Of a DNA stretch of 64,000 nt, positions 55,667 through 64,000 are shown in pieces. The first letter of the stretch is position 1, and each line of letters starts with the position of its first letter. A program made the position numbers and the translations under genes. This DNA comes from Gammaproteobacteria bacterium. Lineage in GTDB: Bacteria; Pseudomonadota; Gammaproteobacteria; UBA4575. The notes beneath the pieces are model-generated. The model was not told where the DNA came from, did no database searches, and was given only the letters and a program-made list of their open reading frames with translations. The stretch covers positions 74,748-138,747 of the forward strand of contig OZ242278.1 in NCBI GenBank assembly GCA_965207475.1, in the 5' to 3' direction.

Positions 55667-55909
55667 ATGGACTTTGACCATGTGCGTCATGTACTGGGCT
55701 GGTGTGCGTTGACCAATTTTGGCGTGCTGGCAGTCTGGTTCTTGGTATTCATAACTGCGCATGACTGGATTTACAGTTTTCATGCCAAGTGGTTTCAAAT
55801 GCCCGTGGAAGATTTTGACAGGGTGTGCTACTTGTTGATGGGGATATACAAGCTAGCCACAGTGCTGTTATATCTTGTCCCTTATCTTGTCATGCTAGGT
55901 ATGAGTTAG
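55667..55909 (+). CDS. Hypothetical small membrane protein
   Basis: 80 aa with two clear hydrophobic helices. No recognisable family. Confidence 0.45.
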   Translation: MDFDHVRHVLGWCALTNFGVLAVWFLVFITAHDWIYSFHAKWFQMPVEDFDRVCYLLMGIYKLATVLLYLVPYLVMLGMS

Positions 55910-55914
55910 TCCAG

Positions 55915-56142
55915 ATGCTATTCAAGGGAGTCATACATATACTTGTCTGTGCGTTGTTCGTTTCACGTTTGGTACCAAAATATTTCCACTATCGTGAAAC
56001 TGATCAAGTCGACTTATTCGGGCATGCTCTGAAAGGAAGTTCAGGACTGCTTGTACTGATTGTCATTGCACTTGTCACACTAGGATTACTCGTTTTGAGT
56101 GTAAGTAATTTCAAGGCGTGGATTACTTCACGTAGGGATTAA
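55915..56142 (+). CDS. Hypothetical small membrane protein
   Basis: 75 aa from ATG 55915 (MLFKGVIHILVCALFVSRL...LLVLIVIALVTLGLLVL). The ORF track's upstream extension (55825) overlaps the previous ORF. Confidence 0.35.
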   Translation: MLFKGVIHILVCALFVSRLVPKYFHYRETDQVDLFGHALKGSSGLLVLIVIALVTLGLLVLSVSNFKAWITSRRD

Positions 56143-56152
56143 GGGTATGGGA

Positions 56153-57040
56153 TCACTCGTCAATTAGCCTCTTTTCGAGGCCCTGGTAAGCGTCAATTCG
56201 CCTGTCCCGCAAATAAGGCCAAGTCTGTCTGAGGTATTCGCTATGTGCCAAGTCCACTCTGGCGTACTGTGTTTCAGCACAATTTCCAGAACACTGGACG
56301 ATAATATTTCCTGCCGAGTCAGTGCCAAATGACTGTCCCCAGAAGTTGATTCCCTTGGTTTGTCCTGATGGGTCAGGTTCATATCCAACGCGGTTTACGC
56401 AAAGAACCGGTACATTATTCGCGATTGCATGGCTTTGTTGGATAATCCTCCAGGAGTCAGACTGGCGGTATTTATCATCTTCCGGATCCTCGTAGCCCCA
56501 GCCAATGGCAGACGGGTAAATCAGCATTTCTGCTCCTGCCAGGGTCATCAGACGTGCTGCTTCAGGAAACCACTGGTCCCAGCAGACCATAACACCCAGC
56601 TTTCCTATTGAAGTCTGTATTGGCTTGAATCCTGAGTCTCCAAAAGTAAAATAGTATTTCTCATGGTAACTTGGGCCATCTGGTATATGCATTTTCCTGT
56701 AAGTCCCCGCCAGACTTCCGTCCTGGTCTAGAACGACGGCAGTATTGTGATATAGACCCCTGGTTCGCTTTTCAAACACGGAACCCACTACAACTATACT
56801 GTTTTGCTTTGCTGCAGAAGCAAGCTGGTCTGTAAGCGGTCCAGGTATTGTTTGAGCAAGCCTGAAATGCTCAGCTGATTCTTCCTGGCAAAAATACAGG
56901 CTTGTATGCAATTCGCACAGCACAACCAGTTTGGCACCCATATTTGCAGCCGCCTGTATTTCCTTCAGGCTTGTTTCAAGATTGTGCTGGTAATCAGCAT
57001 TCATGCACTGTTGTACCAAAGCGGCATGAATGAAGTTCAT
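56153..57040 (-). CDS. aguB: N-carbamoylputrescine amidase (nitrilase superfamily)
   Basis: 295 aa. 'VLCELHTSLYFC' and the catalytic-Cys motif 'VMVCWDQWFPEAAR'. Start/stop overlap with aguA. Confidence 0.88.
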   Translation of the reverse strand: MNFIHAALVQQCMNADYQHNLETSLKEIQAAANMGAKLVVLCELHTSLYFCQEESAEHFRLAQTIPGPLTDQLASAAKQNSIVVVGSVFEKRTRGLYHNTAVVLDQDGSLAGTYRKMHIPDGPSYHEKYYFTFGDSGFKPIQTSIGKLGVMVCWDQWFPEAARLMTLAGAEMLIYPSAIGWGYEDPEDDKYRQSDSWRIIQQSHAIANNVPVLCVNRVGYEPDPSGQTKGINFWGQSFGTDSAGNIIVQCSGNCAETQYARVDLAHSEYLRQTWPYLRDRRIDAYQGLEKRLIDE

Positions 57041-58074
57041 GTCATGAACCCTTCAGGTATTTGCATGGTGGCACAGTGTAACCCGCCGTATTGTCGAATC
57101 AAAGTACAGCATTCAATATCAAATATGTCTCTGTCAGGAAACAGTTCGTCAAAGAGCTTGAGAATTTGACAATCTTGCTTGTCATTAAACACAGGAACCA
57201 GTACAGAACCATTTGTAATAAGAAAATTTGTATACGTTGCAGGCAGTTGTTGGCCTGAAAAATACAGTGGCTCAGGCAGTGGCAGAGGGATGAGTTCAAA
57301 TCGGTTATGACTTTGTCGCTTTATTGCCTGCAGTTGCGCTACCAGTTGGTTTGTCGCATCCCGGTTAGGGTCATCGCAATTGCTAGAAATGGCGTGTACG
57401 ATGATGTCGTCAGAGCAAAATCTGGCAAGCGTGTCCACATGCCCAAAAGTATCGTCACCGGCAAGCCGAACATTTTCTAGCCAGTAAATTTTGCCGCATC
57501 CTAACCAGTACTCGAGTTGTTCTTCGAGCCTGTGAATCTCTGTTCTGGGTATGTAGCTGTTTTGTATGAAACAGTTTTTTGAACACAGCAGTTCACCATG
57601 ACTGTTTATTTCAATGTTACCGGCCTCAAGGATTTGACTGACCGGTGTGTATGCAGCCTTGAAATTCAGATGTTTGATTAACTGGGCATTGAATGAATTA
57701 TCAAGTGAGTAGTTGAACTGCCTATGTCCCCAGCCATTGAATTCAAAATCCAGTAAGCACTGCCTGTTTCCATCACTGATGCAGAAAGGTCCATAATCGC
57801 GCACCCAGGTGTCATTAGTGGGAATTGCTACAAATGTAATGTTATCGGCACAAGCTGAAACATAACTTAACCTTTTTTCTATATGAGATCTGTGTGCATC
57901 ATCATAAGCAACGATTACGACAAGCTGTCGTTTGCAGATGTATTTGCACAGGTCCAGATAGGTTGCTTCTATCTTATTGATGATGCTTGCCCAGTCAGAA
58001 TGCAGGTGGGGCCAGACGATAATTATGGCGTCTTGTCGTTCCCACTCGGGGATCAACTTGTTAGGGTGCACCAC
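57037..58074 (-). CDS. aguA: Agmatine deiminase
   Basis: 345 aa. 'WVRDYGPF', 'GHVDTLARF' and a C-terminal 'GGLHCATMQIP' with the catalytic Cys. Confidence 0.88.
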   Translation of the reverse strand: MVHPNKLIPEWERQDAIIIVWPHLHSDWASIINKIEATYLDLCKYICKRQLVVIVAYDDAHRSHIEKRLSYVSACADNITFVAIPTNDTWVRDYGPFCISDGNRQCLLDFEFNGWGHRQFNYSLDNSFNAQLIKHLNFKAAYTPVSQILEAGNIEINSHGELLCSKNCFIQNSYIPRTEIHRLEEQLEYWLGCGKIYWLENVRLAGDDTFGHVDTLARFCSDDIIVHAISSNCDDPNRDATNQLVAQLQAIKRQSHNRFELIPLPLPEPLYFSGQQLPATYTNFLITNGSVLVPVFNDKQDCQILKLFDELFPDRDIFDIECCTLIRQYGGLHCATMQIPEGFMT

Positions 58075-58129
58075 TTGTAATTCAGGAGGCCTGGATGTTG
58101 AAAAAAATTTTCAAGGATGCAGTCTGTTG

Positions 58130-58648
58130 TTACAGTCTAGGCATCAATTCGACCAGATTGCATGGGCGGGTTCGGTAGTCTAGCTGCTGGGCAAGAAGCT
58201 TGTCCCACGCATCGGCACACGCACCTGCAGAACCAGGCAGACAGAATATGTATGTTCGGTTTGCAACTCCAGCCACGGCACGTGACTGCAAGGTAGAGGT
58301 TTTTATTGCTTCAAATGACAATACTCGGAACATTTCGCCAAACCCGGAAATTTCCTTGTCCAGAAGGGGCCTGATTGCTTCAGGGGTTCCATCTCGACCG
58401 GTAACTCCGGTACCCCCAGTAGTTATGATGACATCAGGCTTGGGTTCGGCAATCCAAGGCGATACAATAGCCCTGATTTTGTACATGTCATCGGGGACAA
58501 TCATCTTTTCAAAGACCTTGTGACGGCCGCGTTGTAGTTTTTCACACAGGATTTTCCCTGACTGGTCATTGTCTTCTGTACGTGTGTCAGAAATTGTCAG
58601 GACAGCAATTTCCAAAGGAATAAATTCACGTTTTTCCTCCTTCTCCAT
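58130..58648 (-). CDS. moaB: Molybdenum cofactor biosynthesis protein B
   Basis: 172 aa. 'IAVLTISDTR' and 'VIITTGGTGVTGRD' are typical of the MoaB/MogA fold. Confidence 0.85.
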   Translation of the reverse strand: MEKEEKREFIPLEIAVLTISDTRTEDNDQSGKILCEKLQRGRHKVFEKMIVPDDMYKIRAIVSPWIAEPKPDVIITTGGTGVTGRDGTPEAIRPLLDKEISGFGEMFRVLSFEAIKTSTLQSRAVAGVANRTYIFCLPGSAGACADAWDKLLAQQLDYRTRPCNLVELMPRL

Positions 58649-58739
58649 TCTTGCTTCTCCATGGATGATTATGATTCATAATGTACAGTATTATGTATAC
58701 GTTATATAGGGAACTGTTTTTGGGGTGATGCGCTAGATC

Positions 58740-59186
58740 ATGAAAGTAGAGATACGGGATGCCAAATTTGATCCTTGGCAGGAAGTCAAGAGCTATCAGG
58801 ACCTGCAACTGAATAAACCTGGGAAGTTTGGGGCTACTGCAGTATTTATCGGTACTATGAGAGATTTCAATAAAGGTAATGAAATATTTTCAATGTACTT
58901 GGAGCATTATCCTGAAATGACCCAAAACCACTTGCTCCAGATTGCACAGGAGGCTGCTGACAGGTGGGAAATCCTGGATGTCTTGTTGCTGCACCGCACT
59001 GGCCGTGTATTTCCCGGTGAACCCATTGTATGTATTGCAGTATGGTCGGCGCATCGGGCAGCCGCGTATGAGGCCAATCGTTTTATCATGGAGGATTTAA
59101 AGTCCAAGGCACCGATATGGAAGAAGGAAAACTTGAAGACACAGGAACGCTGGGTACCTGGAAAACAAGGCAAGCCAATCCTATAA
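58740..59186 (+). CDS. moaE: Molybdopterin synthase catalytic subunit
   Basis: 148 aa. 'GATAVFIGTMRD', 'LLLHRTGRVFPGEPIVCIAVWSAHR' and 'KSKAPIWKKE'. Confidence 0.88.
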   Translation: MKVEIRDAKFDPWQEVKSYQDLQLNKPGKFGATAVFIGTMRDFNKGNEIFSMYLEHYPEMTQNHLLQIAQEAADRWEILDVLLLHRTGRVFPGEPIVCIAVWSAHRAAAYEANRFIMEDLKSKAPIWKKENLKTQERWVPGKQGKPIL

Positions 59187-59273
59187 GGTCCGAGAATATC
59201 CTGTGTTTCTCTTACAGGTGCATGGGGTTCTAGGAGTTCACTTGGTCTAGTTCAGAAATATTTCGGGGCTGGC

Positions 59274-60560
59274 TTAGACTACTGCCTCGAATGGCAGCAC
59301 TTGGACTGTATCACCCGCATCAATACCGGAAGAATCAACAGGCAGTATGATGAAACAGTTTGCTTCTGTCATGGAACGCAAGACACCCGAGCCCTGCGGC
59401 CCCGTTTTAGATACAGTGTACTCTGATTCATCTGCCGAGGTACTGTCTGATCGTGTCAAGATACCTCTTTGGTATTCAACGCGCCCAGGCCTCTTCCTTA
59501 ATCTGGAAGAGCAAGTTGCAGTGATTGTGAACGGTTCATTGTAGATGCCGCCCATGATTTTTTTTAACGCTGGTTTCACGAATAGATAAAATGTGACCAT
59601 GACAGAAACTGGATTGCCTGGAAGCCCAAAAAACCAAGCGTTGCTGATACTTCCAAATGCTAGTGGTCTACCGGGTTTCATGGCGACTTTCCAGAAATTC
59701 ACTGTACCAATTTTCTGCACGGTTTCTTTTACAAAGTCCGCTTCACCAACAGATACACCGCCTGAGGTAATGATGACATCAGCCTGATTCGCTGCATCAG
59801 AAAAAGCCTTTTCTATCGCGTTTCTTTCATCCTTAACTACGCCCATGTCGTGAATTTCGACCCCTAAACGAGACAACATCCCGTAGAGGGTATAGCGGTT
59901 GCTGTCATATATCTGGCCCTTACTCAGCTTTTCTCCCACCTGGCGAAGTTCGTTACCAGTCGAAAAGAAAGCAACCTTCAATTTTCTGAAAACAACCACT
60001 TCATTGACACCGATGGAAGCCAGCAACCCTAGCTCTGCTGGACCAATGTGCTTTCCCTGGCTTAGCACTGTATCACCAGCCTTGATATCTTCACCCGCAA
60101 GCCGTACGTTCTGACCAGGCGAATTGTTGGAGTCAATATAGATCCTGTTTTCTTGTATTCTGACGCGCTCCTGTATCACTACGGTATCTGATGAATCAGG
60201 CAGAGCAGCGCCCGTCATGATTCGAACACATTCGCCACTCTCGATAGGTCCTTGGTAAGGCTGGCCTGCCCACGAGGTACCGATGACTGTCAAGGCATGT
60301 TGATTTTGGGCAGGAATATCTGTTCCCCGGATTGCGTAGCCATCCATAGCTGAATTTGTATGGCCAGGCACATTGATTCTTGAGTGAATAGCGCCCGCGG
60401 CCAAACATCCCAATGCTTTTCGAATTGGTACAGTTTCAGTTTGCTGAATGACTTGTACTGTATTCAATATTTGCGACAGGGCTTGTTCGGCATCCAGTGA
60501 TGCTGGATCAAAGTCATCCACGCAGCTGGAACCGTGGTTTGGGTCTGTTATTACCATCAA
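59274..60560 (-). CDS. moeA: Molybdopterin molybdotransferase
   Basis: 428 aa. 'SAMDGYA', 'VIITSGGVSVGEADF' and 'VAMKPGRPLAFG...FGLPGNPVS'. Confidence 0.9.
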   Translation of the reverse strand: MMVITDPNHGSSCVDDFDPASLDAEQALSQILNTVQVIQQTETVPIRKALGCLAAGAIHSRINVPGHTNSAMDGYAIRGTDIPAQNQHALTVIGTSWAGQPYQGPIESGECVRIMTGAALPDSSDTVVIQERVRIQENRIYIDSNNSPGQNVRLAGEDIKAGDTVLSQGKHIGPAELGLLASIGVNEVVVFRKLKVAFFSTGNELRQVGEKLSKGQIYDSNRYTLYGMLSRLGVEIHDMGVVKDERNAIEKAFSDAANQADVIITSGGVSVGEADFVKETVQKIGTVNFWKVAMKPGRPLAFGSISNAWFFGLPGNPVSVMVTFYLFVKPALKKIMGGIYNEPFTITATCSSRLRKRPGRVEYQRGILTRSDSTSADESEYTVSKTGPQGSGVLRSMTEANCFIILPVDSSGIDAGDTVQVLPFEAVV

Positions 60561-60829
60561 ATATTCCTCGGCTATTCTTCTGCCTATTATAATTACGAGC
60601 TGCTGGGTACGAAATCTCTTTTCAGTGGATGCCCGTTCAATGCCCCATTATAGGGCGTCCAAGTTAATCGGTAGTGGTTGTCTGCCTTTTGCAAAGCCTT
60701 GCTGTATTGATGTTGGATGGTTCTCAACGGGTGACGGTTCGACTAGGCAGGAGAACTGTCGCGGCCAATTGCATTACAATATTGTCAATTCATGTGAGCT
60801 AAGTTAGGACACGGTTCAAGGAGTTACTG

Positions 60830-63253
60830 ATGACCCTTATAATTTGGGTGTTAGCCATAGGCAGCTTGATCTTCGGACTTGCTAAGGCCGGGTGGTCATA
60901 TCTCATATGGACTTTGGTCGTAGGCAGCGGCCTATTGGTTCTAACACTGACAGGCTGTTTATCAGTAATTTTCGGGATTTTTATTTGGGCTTTGTATGTT
61001 CTTCTCGCATTGCTCAATGCACACGAGCTGCGCGTCAGAATTTTGAGTAAGCCAATGCTTGCTTATATCCGAAGGGTATTACCACCGATGTCAGATACCG
61101 AGCGCGAGGCAGTCGAGGCGGGTACTACTTGGTGGGAAGCAGAGTTATTTCGGGGAAACCCGGACTGGCACAAGCTTCTTGCTCATAAGACATCTGAGCT
61201 TTCCCCAGAAGAACAGGCATTTTTGGACGGACCAGTCGAAGAGTTTTGCCAGATGATTGATGACTGGGAGATTACTAACGATCTCAATGACTTGTCAGAT
61301 AAATCTTGGGAGTATCTCAAGAAGAACAAGTTTTTCGGGATGATCATTCCGAAAAAATACGGTGGCTTGGAGTTTTCCGCAGTCGCTCATTCGTCAGTAG
61401 TGATGAAAATTTCCTCCCGTAGCAGCAGTGCAGCCGTTACAGTAATGGTACCGAACTCGTTGGGACCTGCAGAGCTCCTGTTGCATTATGGAACAGATGA
61501 GCAAAAAGATTATTACCTGCCTCGTCTCGCCGTAGGAGATGAAATTCCCTGTTTTGCCTTAACCAGCCCTCAAGCTGGTTCGGACGCAAGCGCCATATCC
61601 GATACAGGCGTGGTCTGCAAAGGACAGCATGAAGGGGAAGAGGTTTTGGGTTTACGTCTGAACTGGGCAAAACGCTATATAACTTTGGGACCAGTTGCGA
61701 CCGTACTCGGCTTAGCATTCAAAGTTTATGATCCTGAACACTTGCTAGGTGACCATGAAGACCTTGGCATTACCTGTGCACTGATACCTACGAACCTTTC
61801 GGGAATCAGCATCGGCACTCGGCACAACCCTCTCAATTCATCCATTCAGAATGGACCAAACTGGGGTGAGGATGTGTTTATTCCGCTTGACTGGGTCATA
61901 GGTGGGCAAAAGCAAATCGGTAAGGGTTGGCGCATGCTTGTGGAATGCCTTTCTGTGGGGCGTGGAATCTCATTGCCTGCATTGGGCGCAGGTGCGGGAA
62001 AGTTTTCCAGCTACATGACCGGTGCGTATGCCAGGATTCGCAACCAGTTCGGAATTCCCATTGGAAAATTTGAAGGAGTTGAAGAGGCCTTATGCAGGAT
62101 TGGGGGTTTGACTTACATGATGGAAGCTGGGCGCAGGTTCACTGCTTCAGCAATTGACCATGGTGAAAGGCCCTCTGTGGCTACGGCTATACTCAAGTAT
62201 CACAATACGGAAGGAATGCGCCAGGTGGTCAATGATGCAATGGATGTGCATGGAGGGCGTGGAATCTGCCTGGGACCAAGCAACTATCTTGGCCGCATGT
62301 ACCAGTCCATGCCAATCAGCATCACTGTTGAAGGTGCCAACATACTGGTCCGTAGCCTGATTATTTTTGGTCAAGGTGCGATGCGTTGCCATCCGTATTT
62401 GGTTGCTGAAATGAATGCAGCATCCAATTCCGACCGGGAGGCAGGGTTGAAAGAGTTTGATCAGGCTTTGTTCAAGCATCTTGGATACACGGTTCGAAAC
62501 GGGGCAAGATCATTCCTGTATGGGTTAACTCGAAGCTGGCTGGCACCGAGTCCTGAGCGAGGGCCTGCAAGCAGATATTTCAGGTGTTTGGCCAGAATGA
62601 GTGCAAGCTATGCATTTGCATCTGATTTAGCCATGTTGTTCCTGGGAGGAAAGCTCAAGCGAAAAGAGAAGCTGTCAGGCCGTTTCGCAGATGCCCTCGG
62701 CCATATGTATCTTTGTTCTGCAGTGCTGAAGTATTATCAGGATACAGGCCGACCTGCAGCGGATTATCCACTTTTGGAGTGGAGTGCCAGATATTGCCTT
62801 TACAGGGTGCAGGATGCGCTAGATCAAATTTTGCGCAATTTTCCCTCACCTTTCATGGGCCAGTTACTTCGGGTTATCGTTTTCCCAACAGGCAAAAGCT
62901 TGCGTTACCCGGATGACTCGATTGGTCATCTCGTAGCAAAAATTCTTATCGAACCTTCAACTGTTCGGGACAGGCTCACAGACGGTATATTTAAATGCAC
63001 GGACCCACGAGATGCTATAGGGCGGGTGCAGCATGCGTTTGATGCAGTAGTCGCTGCAAAGGGTGTAGAACGTAAACTGAAAAAAGCTCGAATTATTCCA
63101 CCTAAGCTGGGTATAGCTCAAAGTTGGTTAGAGGGAGCAGTTGCCCAAGGCGTGATTTCAGAGGAGGAAGCAGATTTGATGGAGAAGGCGCACATTGCTA
63201 CTCAATCTGCAATTATGGTTGATGATTTTTCGTATGAAACAAAAATAAGCTGA
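60830..63253 (+). CDS. fadE: Acyl-CoA dehydrogenase, FadE type
   Basis: 807 aa. N-terminal hydrophobic helices followed by an acyl-CoA dehydrogenase core ('CFALTSPQAGSDA', 'ITVEGANIL'). Length matches E. coli-type FadE. Confidence 0.88.
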   Translation: MTLIIWVLAIGSLIFGLAKAGWSYLIWTLVVGSGLLVLTLTGCLSVIFGIFIWALYVLLALLNAHELRVRILSKPMLAYIRRVLPPMSDTEREAVEAGTTWWEAELFRGNPDWHKLLAHKTSELSPEEQAFLDGPVEEFCQMIDDWEITNDLNDLSDKSWEYLKKNKFFGMIIPKKYGGLEFSAVAHSSVVMKISSRSSSAAVTVMVPNSLGPAELLLHYGTDEQKDYYLPRLAVGDEIPCFALTSPQAGSDASAISDTGVVCKGQHEGEEVLGLRLNWAKRYITLGPVATVLGLAFKVYDPEHLLGDHEDLGITCALIPTNLSGISIGTRHNPLNSSIQNGPNWGEDVFIPLDWVIGGQKQIGKGWRMLVECLSVGRGISLPALGAGAGKFSSYMTGAYARIRNQFGIPIGKFEGVEEALCRIGGLTYMMEAGRRFTASAIDHGERPSVATAILKYHNTEGMRQVVNDAMDVHGGRGICLGPSNYLGRMYQSMPISITVEGANILVRSLIIFGQGAMRCHPYLVAEMNAASNSDREAGLKEFDQALFKHLGYTVRNGARSFLYGLTRSWLAPSPERGPASRYFRCLARMSASYAFASDLAMLFLGGKLKRKEKLSGRFADALGHMYLCSAVLKYYQDTGRPAADYPLLEWSARYCLYRVQDALDQILRNFPSPFMGQLLRVIVFPTGKSLRYPDDSIGHLVAKILIEPSTVRDRLTDGIFKCTDPRDAIGRVQHAFDAVVAAKGVERKLKKARIIPPKLGIAQSWLEGAVAQGVISEEEADLMEKAHIATQSAIMVDDFSYETKIS

Positions 63254-63465
63254 AGTGACAAAATCAGTCATGTAATCTACTGTGGAGCCGTTGAGCAGGC
63301 AAGTGTAGAAAATTTAGCTGTCTGCCTCACATTTGATTAGACGTCTTGCTTGCGAGAGGCTATCCTATTAAAGCTTCTCACACAGTATCCTGATGAGAGG
63401 ATAGGTGTGCCATAATCTGTGTATTAGAGTTCAATTTTTGGTAGGTTTGATTCAACATAAACGAG

Positions 63466-63963
63466 ATGAAAGATCTTGACTGGAATACGATTGATTTTTT
63501 TGAGATTGCAACTGTGGCAGGCGTGACGTCTAGGCTCAATTCGGGGGCTGATGTCAATGCGCAGGATCAATGCGGCTACACTCCGCTGCATTTTGCAGCT
63601 GCATTCAACAGTGACCCAGCTGTTGTTAAGACTTTGCTGAATGCAGGAGCAAATTTGCAGGCAGCAGACCATGAATGGGGGGCAACCCCCTTGCACTGGG
63701 GAGCTTGGTCCAGTAAAAATCCTTCTGTCATCACAGCGTTGCTGGACAATGGTGCTGACCCAAATGCTCAGGATAAAGGTGGCGGTACACCGCTTCACGC
63801 TGCTGCATTTAACAACTCTAATCCAGCAATTGTTAACGTATTGCTGGATGCTGGTGCTAAAACAGATATACGAGACAAAGAATCAGACAAAACTCCTTTA
63901 GACTATGTAGAAGATAACGCTGCACTGAAGGGAACAAATGCGTACAGGCGACTGATGAAGTAA
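63466..63963 (+). CDS. Ankyrin-repeat protein (about 4 repeats)
   Basis: 165 aa. Repeated 'G.TPLH.AA......(V)..LL..GA(D/N).NA.D' units: GYTPLHFAA, GATPLHWGA, GGTPLHAAA, KTPLDYV. Confidence 0.8.
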   Translation: MKDLDWNTIDFFEIATVAGVTSRLNSGADVNAQDQCGYTPLHFAAAFNSDPAVVKTLLNAGANLQAADHEWGATPLHWGAWSSKNPSVITALLDNGADPNAQDKGGGTPLHAAAFNNSNPAIVNVLLDAGAKTDIRDKESDKTPLDYVEDNAALKGTNAYRRLMK

Positions 63964-64000
63964 TAAGGTATAGCTGTCCTGATACTGATTTGCCGCAAGT

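Noticed and set aside
55825-55914. The upstream extension of the 105-aa ORF, overlapping the preceding 80-aa membrane-protein ORF.
   Set aside because: The extension (MLLVDGDIQASHSAVISCPLSCHARYELVQ) overlaps the better-supported upstream ORF in another frame. The hydrophobic, protein-like part begins at ATG 55915.
58649-58739. Apparent absence of moaD next to moaE; looked for a small GG-terminated ORF.
   Set aside because: The 90-bp divergent spacer and the 87-bp region downstream of moaE are too short for an ~80-aa MoaD. The gene is most likely elsewhere in the genome, so this is not an anomaly in itself.

Overview
Chromosomal segment of a moderately AT-rich methylotroph, probably gammaproteobacterial. 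That placement is an inference from gene content: fae, fhc, mtdB and mch, together with csiV-mfd and ccmABCDEFGHI.

Left half (1 to ~29.2 kb): a tetrahydromethanopterin (H4MPT)/methanofuran-linked formaldehyde-oxidation and cofactor-biosynthesis island. In order it contains fhcA (partial)-fhcD-fhcC, a ferredoxin/FprA-like reductase pair, cysS, beta-RFAP synthase, mtdB, ATP-grasp genes, mch, a CitG-like gene, fae, a PTPS-fusion gene, a HisA/F-like gene, MfnD/MfnF/MfnE-like genes, pabB, an RND-superfamily exporter, mfnB, a DUF447 gene and a dihydropteroate-synthase-like gene.

The most unusual feature of the window interrupts this island at 11840-16140. It is a 4.3-kb IS1595-family element with 24/25-matching terminal inverted repeats and a perfect 8-bp target-site duplication (TAAAATAA). 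It carries passenger genes, chiefly a TbpB-like surface lipoprotein with an Ala/Met-rich low-complexity N-terminal region.

Right half (~29.3-64 kb): housekeeping genes. These are prfB (canonical +1 frameshift)-lysS, ygfZ, sdhCDAB-sdhE, mdh, zapE, nagZ, an MscS-family channel, an MTA/MTI phosphorylase, csiV-mfd, ccmABCDEFGHI, aguBA, moaB/moaE/moeA, fadE and an ankyrin-repeat protein.

I saw no rRNA, tRNA or CRISPR array. All family assignments come from reading the translated ORFs for motifs; no database search was possible.
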